Shown here piece by piece: positions 25,495 to 33,044 of a DNA stretch of 33,044 nucleotides (positions are counted from its first letter, which is position 1; each line of letters starts with the position of its first letter). This DNA comes from an uncultured Pirellulales bacterium. Lineage in GTDB: Bacteria; Planctomycetota; Phycisphaerae; Sedimentisphaerales; Anaerobacaceae. The stretch is taken from contig CAZLIO010000001.1 of the NCBI GenBank assembly GCA_964559025.1, positions 1 through 33,044 of the forward strand, given 5' to 3'. Under the pieces are notes generated by a model. The model saw only the letters and a list, made by a program, of their open reading frames with translations, was not told where the DNA came from and searched no databases. Made by a program: the position numbers and the translations under genes.

Positions 25495-27219
25495 ATGGCA
25501 GCAGACAGCGAAAGTGGCGCTATAAAGGGAATGGATTTACTTTATGAATTTGAGCGTGAGCCGGTCTCGAAAAACAAGCTTCAGCCCGGCAAACATTTTG
25601 CGGGCGTTTTTGCCGGCGAGCACGTCGCAGGTACCGAGTTCGTCATAGGAGCGCTGTTTGTCGCCTGGGGCGCAAGCGCCTTTGACGTATTCGTAGGGCT
25701 GCTTATTGGTAACCTGATGGCCGTGCTGACCTGGACATTCGTATGCGCTCCGATAGCCGTTCGGACCCGGCTGACGTTGTACTGGTATCTTCGCAGGGTC
25801 GCCGGGCCGGTTACTACAACGATTTATAATGTTCTCAATGCCGTGTTGTTCTGTATCCTGGCCGGGTGTATGATTACGGTCTCGGCCTCGGCGGTTCGCA
25901 TCCCGTTCGGCATCGAGGAGCAAACGGGCTGGTTCCCGACGGACATAAGATTCGTTCTGGTTGTAATCGGCGTCGGTGCGGTTGTGGTTACTCTGGCGAT
26001 TCTGGGCTTCAAGAAGCTGGCACAATTTGCGGAGGTCTGCTCGCCCTGGATGTTTCTGATGTTCATAGCCGGAGGAGTTGCCATGCTGCCCGGCCTGGCG
26101 GCCCAGGAGCTCGGCCATAAAATCGGCAGTTTTCAGGATTTCTGGACACTGGCAAACAAGTCGGTTTGGACGGGCGTGGCGCCGGCGGGCAATCCACAAA
26201 TTACATTCTGGCAGGTGGCCGCCTTTGCGTGGATTTGTAATCTGGCGATGCACGGCGGGCTGTCGGATATGGCGCTTCTGCGCTACGCCAAGAAGTCATC
26301 TTATGGTTTGTATTCGGCCTTCGGAATGTTTCTCGGTCATTATTTGGCGTGGATTTGTGCGGGCATTATGGGTGCGGCGACGGCGATTATCTTAGGTAAG
26401 ACTATGGGTGAGCTTGATGCCGGCGGGGTTGCCTCGCAGGCCCTCGGTGTCTCGGGAATCATTGCCGTGGTTATTGCCGGCTGGACGACTTCGAATCCGA
26501 CGTTATACCGGGCGGGACTGGCCTTTCAGGCGGTAACTCCCGGCTGGCCTCGATGGCTGGTAACACTTGCTGCCGGGGCCATTACCACGGCAATCGCGTG
26601 CTCTCCGTTTGTATTTACGAAACTGCTTGATTTCGTCGGATACTATGGCCTGCTGCTTATGCCCGTCGGGGCGATTGTTTTTGTTGAGCATTGGATATTT
26701 CCCAAAATCGGCTTGACCCAATTCTGGGCCTCACGAAAGAAGCTGTTAGTGAGCTGGCCGGCACTGCTTAGCTGGGGCATTGCCATCGCGACGGCTTTGA
26801 TCCTCGAGCAAACCGGAATTCTGCACCTGTTCTTCTTGTTTGTGCCGGTCTGGGTGTTGACAGCGGTGCTCTATATCGTTTTTGCTTCGATGGCGGGCGC
26901 CCGTGAGAAGTTTGATGAGCAGGCGGAAGAACAAGTTCCCCGGAACGTCAATCACGAATCATCAGCGAGTGGGTCTGAAGTAGGTAGCTGGACTGAACAG
27001 AAGAACAATATCGGCAAAGACCCCGTGTTGTGGGCATCCGGGATTATTGCGGCCGCGGCACTGCTTACGTGTTTAGTTCTGCCGATTTGGGTGTTTGTTA
27101 CCGGTGGCGGTCAATACGAACAGAACTTCGCTGCTTTCAAAAATATACTTATCTGGCCGACCTTGATTTACTTTGTCACCGGTACGATATGGGCCGTAAA
27201 AAGAAACAAAGCGGATTGA
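25495..27219 (+). CDS. NCS1/CodB-like secondary permease with an appended C-terminal 2-TM module. It is a candidate sugar (rhamnose?) transporter.
   Basis: It has about 12 TM helices. The N-terminal pattern is EREPVS...K.FAGVFAGEHVAGTEFVIGA. A hydrophilic linker at aa ~470-510 is followed by two more helices. The substrate is inferred from context only. Confidence 0.45.
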   Translation: MAADSESGAIKGMDLLYEFEREPVSKNKLQPGKHFAGVFAGEHVAGTEFVIGALFVAWGASAFDVFVGLLIGNLMAVLTWTFVCAPIAVRTRLTLYWYLRRVAGPVTTTIYNVLNAVLFCILAGCMITVSASAVRIPFGIEEQTGWFPTDIRFVLVVIGVGAVVVTLAILGFKKLAQFAEVCSPWMFLMFIAGGVAMLPGLAAQELGHKIGSFQDFWTLANKSVWTGVAPAGNPQITFWQVAAFAWICNLAMHGGLSDMALLRYAKKSSYGLYSAFGMFLGHYLAWICAGIMGAATAIILGKTMGELDAGGVASQALGVSGIIAVVIAGWTTSNPTLYRAGLAFQAVTPGWPRWLVTLAAGAITTAIACSPFVFTKLLDFVGYYGLLLMPVGAIVFVEHWIFPKIGLTQFWASRKKLLVSWPALLSWGIAIATALILEQTGILHLFFLFVPVWVLTAVLYIVFASMAGAREKFDEQAEEQVPRNVNHESSASGSEVGSWTEQKNNIGKDPVLWASGIIAAAALLTCLVLPIWVFVTGGGQYEQNFAAFKNILIWPTLIYFVTGTIWAVKRNKAD

Positions 27220-27234
27220 GAGAAAGGAAAAATT

Positions 27235-28119
27235 ATGCCTGAAAAAGATTCCGCAAAAGGAGAAAAAAAATACTACGAAGATGTTCCTATGAAGTCTGAG
27301 GGATTTTTCTTAAAGGGTGCAGGCTCTCTTGACTGGGGGATGAAGAACCGGCTTTCGAGGATATTTAATCCCGATACCGGCCGAACGGTAATGTTCGCGA
27401 TTGACCACGGCTACTTTCAGGGGCCGACGACAGGACTTGAGCGGATTGACCTGACCATCGTGCCGCTGATGTACTACGCCGACGCTATAATGCTGACCCG
27501 TGGGATTCTGCGAACCTCGGTTCCGCCCACCCTGAACAAGCCGGTCGTGATGCGCTGCAGCGGCGGGCCGAGCATACTCAAGGAGCTCTCGAACGAGGAA
27601 TTAGCCGTTGATATAGAGGACGCGATTCGGATGAACGTCGCGGCGATTACCCTGCAGGTCTTTATCGGCGGCGAGTTCGAGACCCGTTCGGTACATAATA
27701 TGACCCGGCTGGTGGATATGGGGCTGCGTTACGGTATTCCGACTATGGCGGTTACGGCGGTGGGCAAAGATATGGTCCGGGATGCAAGATATTTCCGCCT
27801 GGCCTGCCGCATCTGTGCTGAGCTGGGTGCTCAGATTATCAAGACCTATTATGTTCCGGAAGGCTTTAAGACGATAACGGCTTCCTGTCCGGTTCCGATT
27901 GTCATGGCCGGAGGCAAGAAAATCCCCGTGCTCGACGCCCTGACAATGGCGTACAATGCGGTCCAGGAAGGTGCATCGGGCGTGGACATGGGACGCAACA
28001 TTTTCCAGTCTGATGCGCCCAAGGCGATGATGCAGGCGATTCGCAAGGTTGTTCATGAAGATATGAAGCCTGCCGAGGCCCTCGAACTGTACGAAGCCCT
28101 CAAAAACGAAAAAGATTAA
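27235..28119 (+). CDS. LsrF-type class I aldolase-fold enzyme (DhnA/FbaB/LsrF family)
   Basis: [70 protein letters not shown] (Schiff-base Lys), [12 protein letters not shown] and [14 protein letters not shown] all closely track E. coli LsrF as I remember it. Confidence 0.85.
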   Translation: MPEKDSAKGEKKYYEDVPMKSEGFFLKGAGSLDWGMKNRLSRIFNPDTGRTVMFAIDHGYFQGPTTGLERIDLTIVPLMYYADAIMLTRGILRTSVPPTLNKPVVMRCSGGPSILKELSNEELAVDIEDAIRMNVAAITLQVFIGGEFETRSVHNMTRLVDMGLRYGIPTMAVTAVGKDMVRDARYFRLACRICAELGAQIIKTYYVPEGFKTITASCPVPIVMAGGKKIPVLDALTMAYNAVQEGASGVDMGRNIFQSDAPKAMMQAIRKVVHEDMKPAEALELYEALKNEKD

Positions 28120-28132
28120 CCACAGATTTCAC

Positions 28133-28167
28133 GGATTTTCATCCTTCGCAGTGCTACGGAGAATGGA
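28133..28167 (+). repeat. Short variant of the interspersed element, copy D
   Basis: GGATTTTCATCCTTCGCAGTGCTACGGAGAATGGA shares the GGATT...GAGAATG ends with copies B and C. It is flanked by the direct repeat CACGGATT. Confidence 0.3.
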
Positions 28168-28281
28168 AACACGGATTAAATATAAACATATGAATCTTGT
28201 TTATTCTTCAGGGTCTTTTATTGTACATAACAGTACAGAAAAATTGTTGCAATAACAGATAAGGACAATTATCATCAAGCT

Positions 28282-28593
28282 ATGGTAAGTTTCAATGAAA
28301 TTGAAAATGTTGCCAGAAAAATTGGAATGCAAATCAATGCCAAGGCAGTGATTCTTTTCGGCTCATATGCTCGAAAACAACCCGGAAAGTATAGCGATGT
28401 TGACTTTTTGGTGATTGCCGAAAGTGATTTGCCAAGACACAAAAGAAGCCGCCAGCTGCACCTTATGTTCAAGCCGTATCCTTTTCCGATGGACATTCTG
28501 GTTTATACTCCCAAGGAAGTGGAAAATGAAAGTGAATTCGAGCTTTCATTCATCTCCACCGTACTACGGGAGGGGAAAAAGCTGTATGGATAA
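28282..28593 (+). CDS. Minimal nucleotidyltransferase (MNT) antitoxin of a HEPN-MNT pair
   Basis: 103 aa with LFGSYARKQ...SDVDFLV (the GS...DxD NTase motif). Confidence 0.8.
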   Translation: MVSFNEIENVARKIGMQINAKAVILFGSYARKQPGKYSDVDFLVIAESDLPRHKRSRQLHLMFKPYPFPMDILVYTPKEVENESEFELSFISTVLREGKKLYG

Positions 28594-28987
28594 AAAGCAT
28601 GAATATGCCAAGCGATGGTTCGATAAGGCAAAAAGTGATCTATTAGATGCTGACAATAATCTTGCCGCTGATAAAGTGCCTTATGACACGGTCTGCTTTC
28701 ACTGCCAGCAGGCCGCTGAAAAACTGCTCAAGGGTTTCCTTGTCGCGCACGGCTGCGAATATCCGATAACACATAACCTGTTTGTTATCTTGGACAAGGT
28801 TGTTGAATATGACGGGCTTGCCGAATCGTTGCGAGAGGCGCTTGCTTTGCTTAACCCTTACGCTGTAGAAGTTCGCTATCCTGGAGATGAATTAACCTTG
28901 ACGATGGACAACGCTGCTGAAGCACGGCAGGCGGCACAAGAGGTCCTTGAGTGGACGAAATCAAGGTTTGCACAGCTTTTTGAATGA
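28586..28987 (+). CDS. HEPN-domain toxin of a HEPN-MNT pair
   Basis: 133 aa with FHCQQAAEKLLKGFL, ITHNL and EVRYP, which are typical of HEPN. Its ATG overlaps the MNT stop by 8 nt (ATGGATAA). Confidence 0.8.
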   Translation: MDKKHEYAKRWFDKAKSDLLDADNNLAADKVPYDTVCFHCQQAAEKLLKGFLVAHGCEYPITHNLFVILDKVVEYDGLAESLREALALLNPYAVEVRYPGDELTLTMDNAAEARQAAQEVLEWTKSRFAQLFE

Positions 28988-29273
28988 AGAAAATAAAGAC
29001 TTTGTTCTTATGCACTTATGCTCTTATACACTTTTTTCTTGCCTTTTACGACAATCCCGACCTTAATATCCTTTGTTTTTTATGTTTAGTCGTCGCTGCT
29101 CTGGCGACGAAAAGCAATCTCGCCCTTGGTGGGATGCGGAATCCAAACGCGATTCGACATGTGTGATGCGAAAATGTCCGAACCAGCGGCTAAAAACGGA
29201 AGCCGGGTATACGGATCTGGTGAGCCGCAGCGTTATAATCCGAAAGTAGGAGTATGGAGTTAATTGAGATCTT

Positions 29274-29324
29274 GGATTCTCCGACACTTCGGCAACGCTC
29301 AGTGCAGGCTTTGCTTAGAATGAG
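29274..29324 (+). repeat. Interspersed ~51-nt element, copy C
   Basis: GGATTCTCCGACACTTCGGCAACGCTCAGTGCAGGCTTTGCTTAGAATGAG. About 40 of about 54 columns are identical to copy B in a by-eye alignment. It ends 16 nt before ATG 29340. Confidence 0.5.
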
Positions 29325-29339
29325 TTTTAGGGGCCTAAG

Positions 29340-30536
29340 ATGAAGAATAATACATCAGATAAATATTCTTCGAGGAAATTAGCTCAAATAGCGCCGATTG
29401 TTCGCGGGCTTCTGGCAGAGGAGACAGGTAACCAGGACATACCCTATGAACCCATTATCTTAAAATCTCTGACGAGTAAAGAAGCTATTGATTTTGCCGG
29501 TTCATCGAAAAATGCCGAAGCGAACGAGTATCCGGCACCCTTGAGCAAATCTCAGAAGCCGCCGCTTTTTTTAGATACAATGGAGTATGATACCGAACCG
29601 GAGAAACTCCGTAAGCAATTGTGCGATTGGATTTCGGATTATTCACTAAAGTATAAGGGCAAGCCTGAAATCGTATGTCTTCGTGAGCTGGGTATACTTT
29701 ATGTTAGCCGAGAAGATGATGCAACTGATTTGCCTCTTAAGAATAAGGTTGCGCTGGTAACCGGTGCCGCAGGAGCCATCGGTTACGGCATTTGCTGTGG
29801 GCTGCTGGAAAAGGGCTGCCATCTCGTCGCCACTGACCTTCCGGGCAAAAAGCTTGACGATTTCACGGCTGACCTGAAGCAATCAGCAGGCGACCGAGTA
29901 ATAGGAATTCCAATCGATGTTACTGATGAAAAGTCTGTTGTCCGAGGTTTTGAAAGTGTCATTCTGACCTGGGGCGGAATTGATATTGTGGTTGTAAATG
30001 CCGGCATCCCGCTGGTCTCATATTTGAAAGATATAGAGCTCGATGACTTTTGCAAGCTCGAAAAAGTAAACGTGGAAGGTACTTTTCTAACGCTTCGTGA
30101 AATCTCCCACCACTTTATATTGCAGAATACCGGTGGTGACATTATTATCGTCTCCACCAAGAACGTTCCCAGCCCAGGCGCCGGTTTTGGCGCCTACAGC
30201 GTCACCAAAGCGGCGGCCCACCAGCTGGGACGAATTGCCAGTATAGAGCTGGCGCAATACGGGGTTCGCGTTAATATGGTGGCGCCGGACGCGGTATTTT
30301 CCGAGGGTAAGTACAAGTCCGGCCTTTGGGAAGAAATAGGCCCCAGCCGAATGAAGGCGCGGGGACTCGATAAAGACCAGTTGCAGGAGTATTACCGAAA
30401 CAGGAATCTGCTGAAAGCTAAGGTTACGGGCCGACACGTTTCCAACGCCGTACTGTTCTTTGCCACGCGCCAGACACCTACAACCGGCGTTACAATTCCC
30501 GTGGACGGGGGTTTGCCGGACGCCACACCAAGATAG
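29340..30536 (+). CDS. Short-chain dehydrogenase (RhaW-like lactaldehyde dehydrogenase module) preceded by ~130 aa homologous to the middle region of bifunctional RhaEW
   Basis: The Rossmann motif is VALVTGAAGAIG, followed by NAG and YSVTKAA (YxxxK). The C-terminus ITVDGG..A resembles the B. subtilis YuxG C-terminal half. The N-terminal RKLAQIAPIVRGLLAEE resembles the YuxG mid-region RKQILAGIMPVIRGAVSEE. Confidence 0.75.
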   Translation: MKNNTSDKYSSRKLAQIAPIVRGLLAEETGNQDIPYEPIILKSLTSKEAIDFAGSSKNAEANEYPAPLSKSQKPPLFLDTMEYDTEPEKLRKQLCDWISDYSLKYKGKPEIVCLRELGILYVSREDDATDLPLKNKVALVTGAAGAIGYGICCGLLEKGCHLVATDLPGKKLDDFTADLKQSAGDRVIGIPIDVTDEKSVVRGFESVILTWGGIDIVVVNAGIPLVSYLKDIELDDFCKLEKVNVEGTFLTLREISHHFILQNTGGDIIIVSTKNVPSPGAGFGAYSVTKAAAHQLGRIASIELAQYGVRVNMVAPDAVFSEGKYKSGLWEEIGPSRMKARGLDKDQLQEYYRNRNLLKAKVTGRHVSNAVLFFATRQTPTTGVTIPVDGGLPDATPR

Positions 30537-30613
30537 GCCTGTTGCCGAGGCTGGGAAATCAACAGGGAAGGGACGGAACACATAATAAAGGTATTGCCGA
30601 AGATACGAAAGGA

Positions 30614-31822
30614 ATGATTCAAATGGACAAAGCGCTTGCTGAGCTAATAAAAATATCGAGAGGGACAGGAGGAGACCCGACGCTCGTTCAAGGTGGAGGC
30701 GGCAATACATCTGTGAAAACAGGAGACGGCAAATATATGTATATCAAGGCCAGCGGCACGGCCCTGAAGGATATGAATGAAAAACAAGGTTGGCGAAGGC
30801 TGCGGGTCGATTCGGCCCTGTCAATTGTAAGGAATAAGTCGATAGCACAGCTCGATACCCAAAAAAGAGAAATTGAGGTGGTAAACAGGCTGCTCCTTGC
30901 CTGCGATGATAACGTTAAAACAATTGCCCGGCCTTCGGTGGAGGCACACCTGCACGCCTGTCTGGATAAGTGCGTGATTCATCTACATCCGAGCGCCGCC
31001 GGGGCTTATGTAAATGCGAAAAATGGAAAGACCAAGCTCGAAAAGCTTTTCAAGGATGAAAGTTACTCGCCGCTTTGGGTCCCTTACACCGACCCCGGCT
31101 ACATGCTTGCTAAAAGGATAGCCGGGCTGGTGGATGGCTATCACAAGCAGTTCGGCGAGAAGCCTGCGATTCTTTTCCTCGAAAAGCACGGGCTTTTCAT
31201 TACGGCAAAAACCGCCACCGGCGCTTTGCGGCTCGTGCGCAGGGTGATGAATCGCTGCAACAGCAAGCTGAAACAGCCGAAGCCCGGAAGCGCCAAGTCC
31301 GTTAAGCGGGAAATAATAAGCGATGTAAAGCTATGCATTGAAAAGGCATATTTCGAGGCCACCGGCAAGCCCGCTGCGATATGTTATTATTACAACGATG
31401 CTATTGCGGATTTTTTTCGTCAAAGAGACGCAAAGAAAATGCTAAAGGGCTCTTTGACCCCGGACGAGCTGGTTTACGCAAATGGGCCCGCGATGTGGGT
31501 CGAGCTGAAAAAAAGTAATAAGTCACGTTCGGATGTAATGCTGGAGGGCATTTCGAAAAGTATTGCCGATAAGCTGAAACGGCAGATCGATACCGGCAGG
31601 AAGATTTCTGCGGCGTTTTTGGTTAAAGGTGTCGGCCTTTTTGTCGCGGGCACCGAAAAGATTGCACCGACAGTGCGGGACATTGTTCTGTACTCGATTT
31701 TCATTCGCACCAATGCGAATCGCATGGGCGGAATTTGCATCTTGAATAAACGGCAGGAAGATTTCATCAACAACTGGGAATCCGAGGCCTTCCGCAAAAA
31801 ATTAGCAACCGGCAAAACCTGA
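30614..31822 (+). CDS. Class II aldolase/adducin-domain protein (RhaE-like rhamnulose-1-phosphate aldolase module, including the middle region)
   Basis: Motifs present are VQGGGGNTSVK, EAHLH...HLHP (metal His), LEKHGLF, GVGLFVAGTEK and NNWESEAF. The start is ATG 30614 or 30623 (SD GAAAGGA); the TTG 30542 extension is unlikely. Confidence 0.75.
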   Translation: MIQMDKALAELIKISRGTGGDPTLVQGGGGNTSVKTGDGKYMYIKASGTALKDMNEKQGWRRLRVDSALSIVRNKSIAQLDTQKREIEVVNRLLLACDDNVKTIARPSVEAHLHACLDKCVIHLHPSAAGAYVNAKNGKTKLEKLFKDESYSPLWVPYTDPGYMLAKRIAGLVDGYHKQFGEKPAILFLEKHGLFITAKTATGALRLVRRVMNRCNSKLKQPKPGSAKSVKREIISDVKLCIEKAYFEATGKPAAICYYYNDAIADFFRQRDAKKMLKGSLTPDELVYANGPAMWVELKKSNKSRSDVMLEGISKSIADKLKRQIDTGRKISAAFLVKGVGLFVAGTEKIAPTVRDIVLYSIFIRTNANRMGGICILNKRQEDFINNWESEAFRKKLATGKT

Positions 31823-31875
31823 TTCCAGACCGGCAATGAAACGTTAGTGATTTATTGTCTGTGTGGCACTGTGTG

Positions 31876-33044
31876 CTATTTGTTTTTTATGTCGTAGGCC
31901 ATTAAAGCATCGCCGTGGCGGATGTAGAGCCGGCCGTCGGATATGGCCGGATGGGCCCAGTGTTTGCCGTCGCCCTCAGTAACCCGAAAAGAGCTGACTA
32001 TTTCAAAACGCTTCGGAGAAGGCTTAACCAGAGCCACATCGCCGGTGTTTTCATCATAGCAGTACAGCATACCATCGGCGTAGATAATCGAGCCTTTGTT
32101 TCCATTCCACTTGTTATCGTACATCACTTTCCCATTAGCCCAATCGAGGCAGACCCAATCGCCTCTGGCGTTGCTGGTCCAGTTGGCACCATAGAGATAG
32201 CCATCGACCAAGACGACACCGCCGTGGTGAACATCAAGAACTGCATCCTCCCACTTTTTGCTTATTTTTGTACCGTCCGCAGAAAGCCGGTACTTTACCC
32301 CGCCTATCTCATAGCCGGCAGTAATGTAAATATAACCATCCCGGTATAAAGGACTGACAGGATGATTGTGTCTGCCTATACCTTCTTTAATCCTATCCTT
32401 CCATAATACTTTCCCGGTCTTGATATCGAGACCAACCACTGACCTTTCCAGCATGGTGACAATCAGCTCTGTGCCGCCTATTTCGATCAGAGCAGGCGAA
32501 CAATAAGAGGATTTTTCACTCAAGCCTTTACTCGTCCATACGCTCCGGCCTGTCATTTTATCAAGGGCTACCACGCTGGCGTCTTTGCCGCCGGGAGTGC
32601 AAATTGCATTGGCATCTACAATCAGAACTGACTCGGCAATACCCCACATAATATTTTTCCCCTCGAACTTTTTCAAAGCATCAACAGCCCATTTTTCTTC
32701 GCCGGTTTTGGCATCAAAGCAGGCGAGGATGCCCGTTCCGCTGAACACATAGACTCGGCTGTCGTCAACAGTGGGTATGGTGCGAGTGCCTCGGTGGGAT
32801 CTTTGCCACTCGGGACCATAGGATACTTTCCATTTCAGGTTGCCTGAAAGGTCGTAGGCAAAAAGGAATCCCTCGCCGTTGAGCATACCTGTTGTGTAGA
32901 TAAATCCATCTGCTACGACCACGGATGAAAAACCAATGCCCAGCCCATCGACCGACCACAAAAGTTTGGGACCCGATTCAGGCCATTTCTTCAGCAATCC
33001 GGTCTCCGCCGATTTGCCATCGCGATTGGGCCCGCGAAATTGAG
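31876..33044 (-). CDS. PQQ-like beta-propeller repeat protein. It is 5'-partial, because the ORF runs off the right edge of the window.
   Basis: The minus-strand frame is open to nt 33044 and reads QFRGPNRDGKSAETGLLKKWPESGPKLLW, the typical mature N-terminus of this family. Repeated motifs include G.IY and DG.LY, and ALD..TGK..W. Confidence 0.75.
   Translation of the reverse strand, partial: QFRGPNRDGKSAETGLLKKWPESGPKLLWSVDGLGIGFSSVVVADGFIYTTGMLNGEGFLFAYDLSGNLKWKVSYGPEWQRSHRGTRTIPTVDDSRVYVFSGTGILACFDAKTGEEKWAVDALKKFEGKNIMWGIAESVLIVDANAICTPGGKDASVVALDKMTGRSVWTSKGLSEKSSYCSPALIEIGGTELIVTMLERSVVGLDIKTGKVLWKDRIKEGIGRHNHPVSPLYRDGYIYITAGYEIGGVKYRLSADGTKISKKWEDAVLDVHHGGVVLVDGYLYGANWTSNARGDWVCLDWANGKVMYDNKWNGNKGSIIYADGMLYCYDENTGDVALVKPSPKRFEIVSSFRVTEGDGKHWAHPAISDGRLYIRHGDALMAYDIKNK

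Noticed and set aside
25537-26253. A 238-aa antisense ORF lies opposite the permease gene.
   Set aside because: It is a shadow ORF: Arg/Pro/Gly-rich, with no motifs, and fully contained in a coherent 12+ TM coding frame on the plus strand.
28990-29270. This non-coding stretch downstream of HEPN could be a group II intron remnant, an sRNA or decayed aldolase coding sequence.
   Set aside because: I found no domain V-like consensus, no tRNA-like arms and only short stems (TCGTCGC-N7-GCGACGA, GCGGCT...AGCCGC). All six frames are broken and resemble no aldolase motifs. The stretch is left unexplained rather than called.

Overview
This 33-kb window looks chromosomal, with about 50% GC by eye. The gene content suggests an anaerobic, polysaccharide-degrading PVC-type bacterium (Planctomycetota/Phycisphaerae-, Lentisphaerota- or Kiritimatiellota-like), but that taxon is only a guess. 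No rRNA, tRNA or CRISPR was found. Layout: (1) nt 64-4216 holds an arsenic-linked thiol-redox cluster. It contains an ACR3 permease with an aberrant 5' end, a small CxxC redox protein, an ArsF-like thioredoxin-fold lipoprotein, a thioredoxin-2xTRASH fusion and a CcdA/ArsG-like membrane protein. (2) nt 4362-18005 is mostly housekeeping or miscellaneous: phosphomannomutase, DUF1805, a Tat-exported TIM-barrel enzyme with a C-terminal Zn ribbon, DUF1638, MntP, a HEAT-repeat membrane protein with near-identical tandem DNA repeats, DUF362/4Fe-4S, an XRE-S24 repressor, an IS200/RAYT-like transposase remnant, a secreted glycosidase-like protein, ComF and FolC. (3) nt 18420-31822 is an L-rhamnose locus. 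It has rhaB interrupted by one in-frame TAA, a PHP-like protein, a long MDR dehydrogenase, GH172/DUF2961, rhaA, an NCS1-like permease, an LsrF-type class I aldolase/thiolase, an inserted MNT-HEPN toxin-antitoxin pair, and a split RhaW-like SDR plus RhaE-like aldolase. (4) A PQQ-type beta-propeller gene runs off the right edge. The most interesting items are the LsrF-type enzyme and extra dehydrogenases inside the rhamnose locus (possibly an undescribed oxidative, CoA-dependent branch), a family of about 51-nt interspersed elements lying upstream of and co-oriented with carbohydrate genes, the rhaB nonsense codon, and the ars-linked extracytoplasmic redox/TRASH module. All family assignments come from reading motifs and from memory of reference sequences. 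No searches were run.
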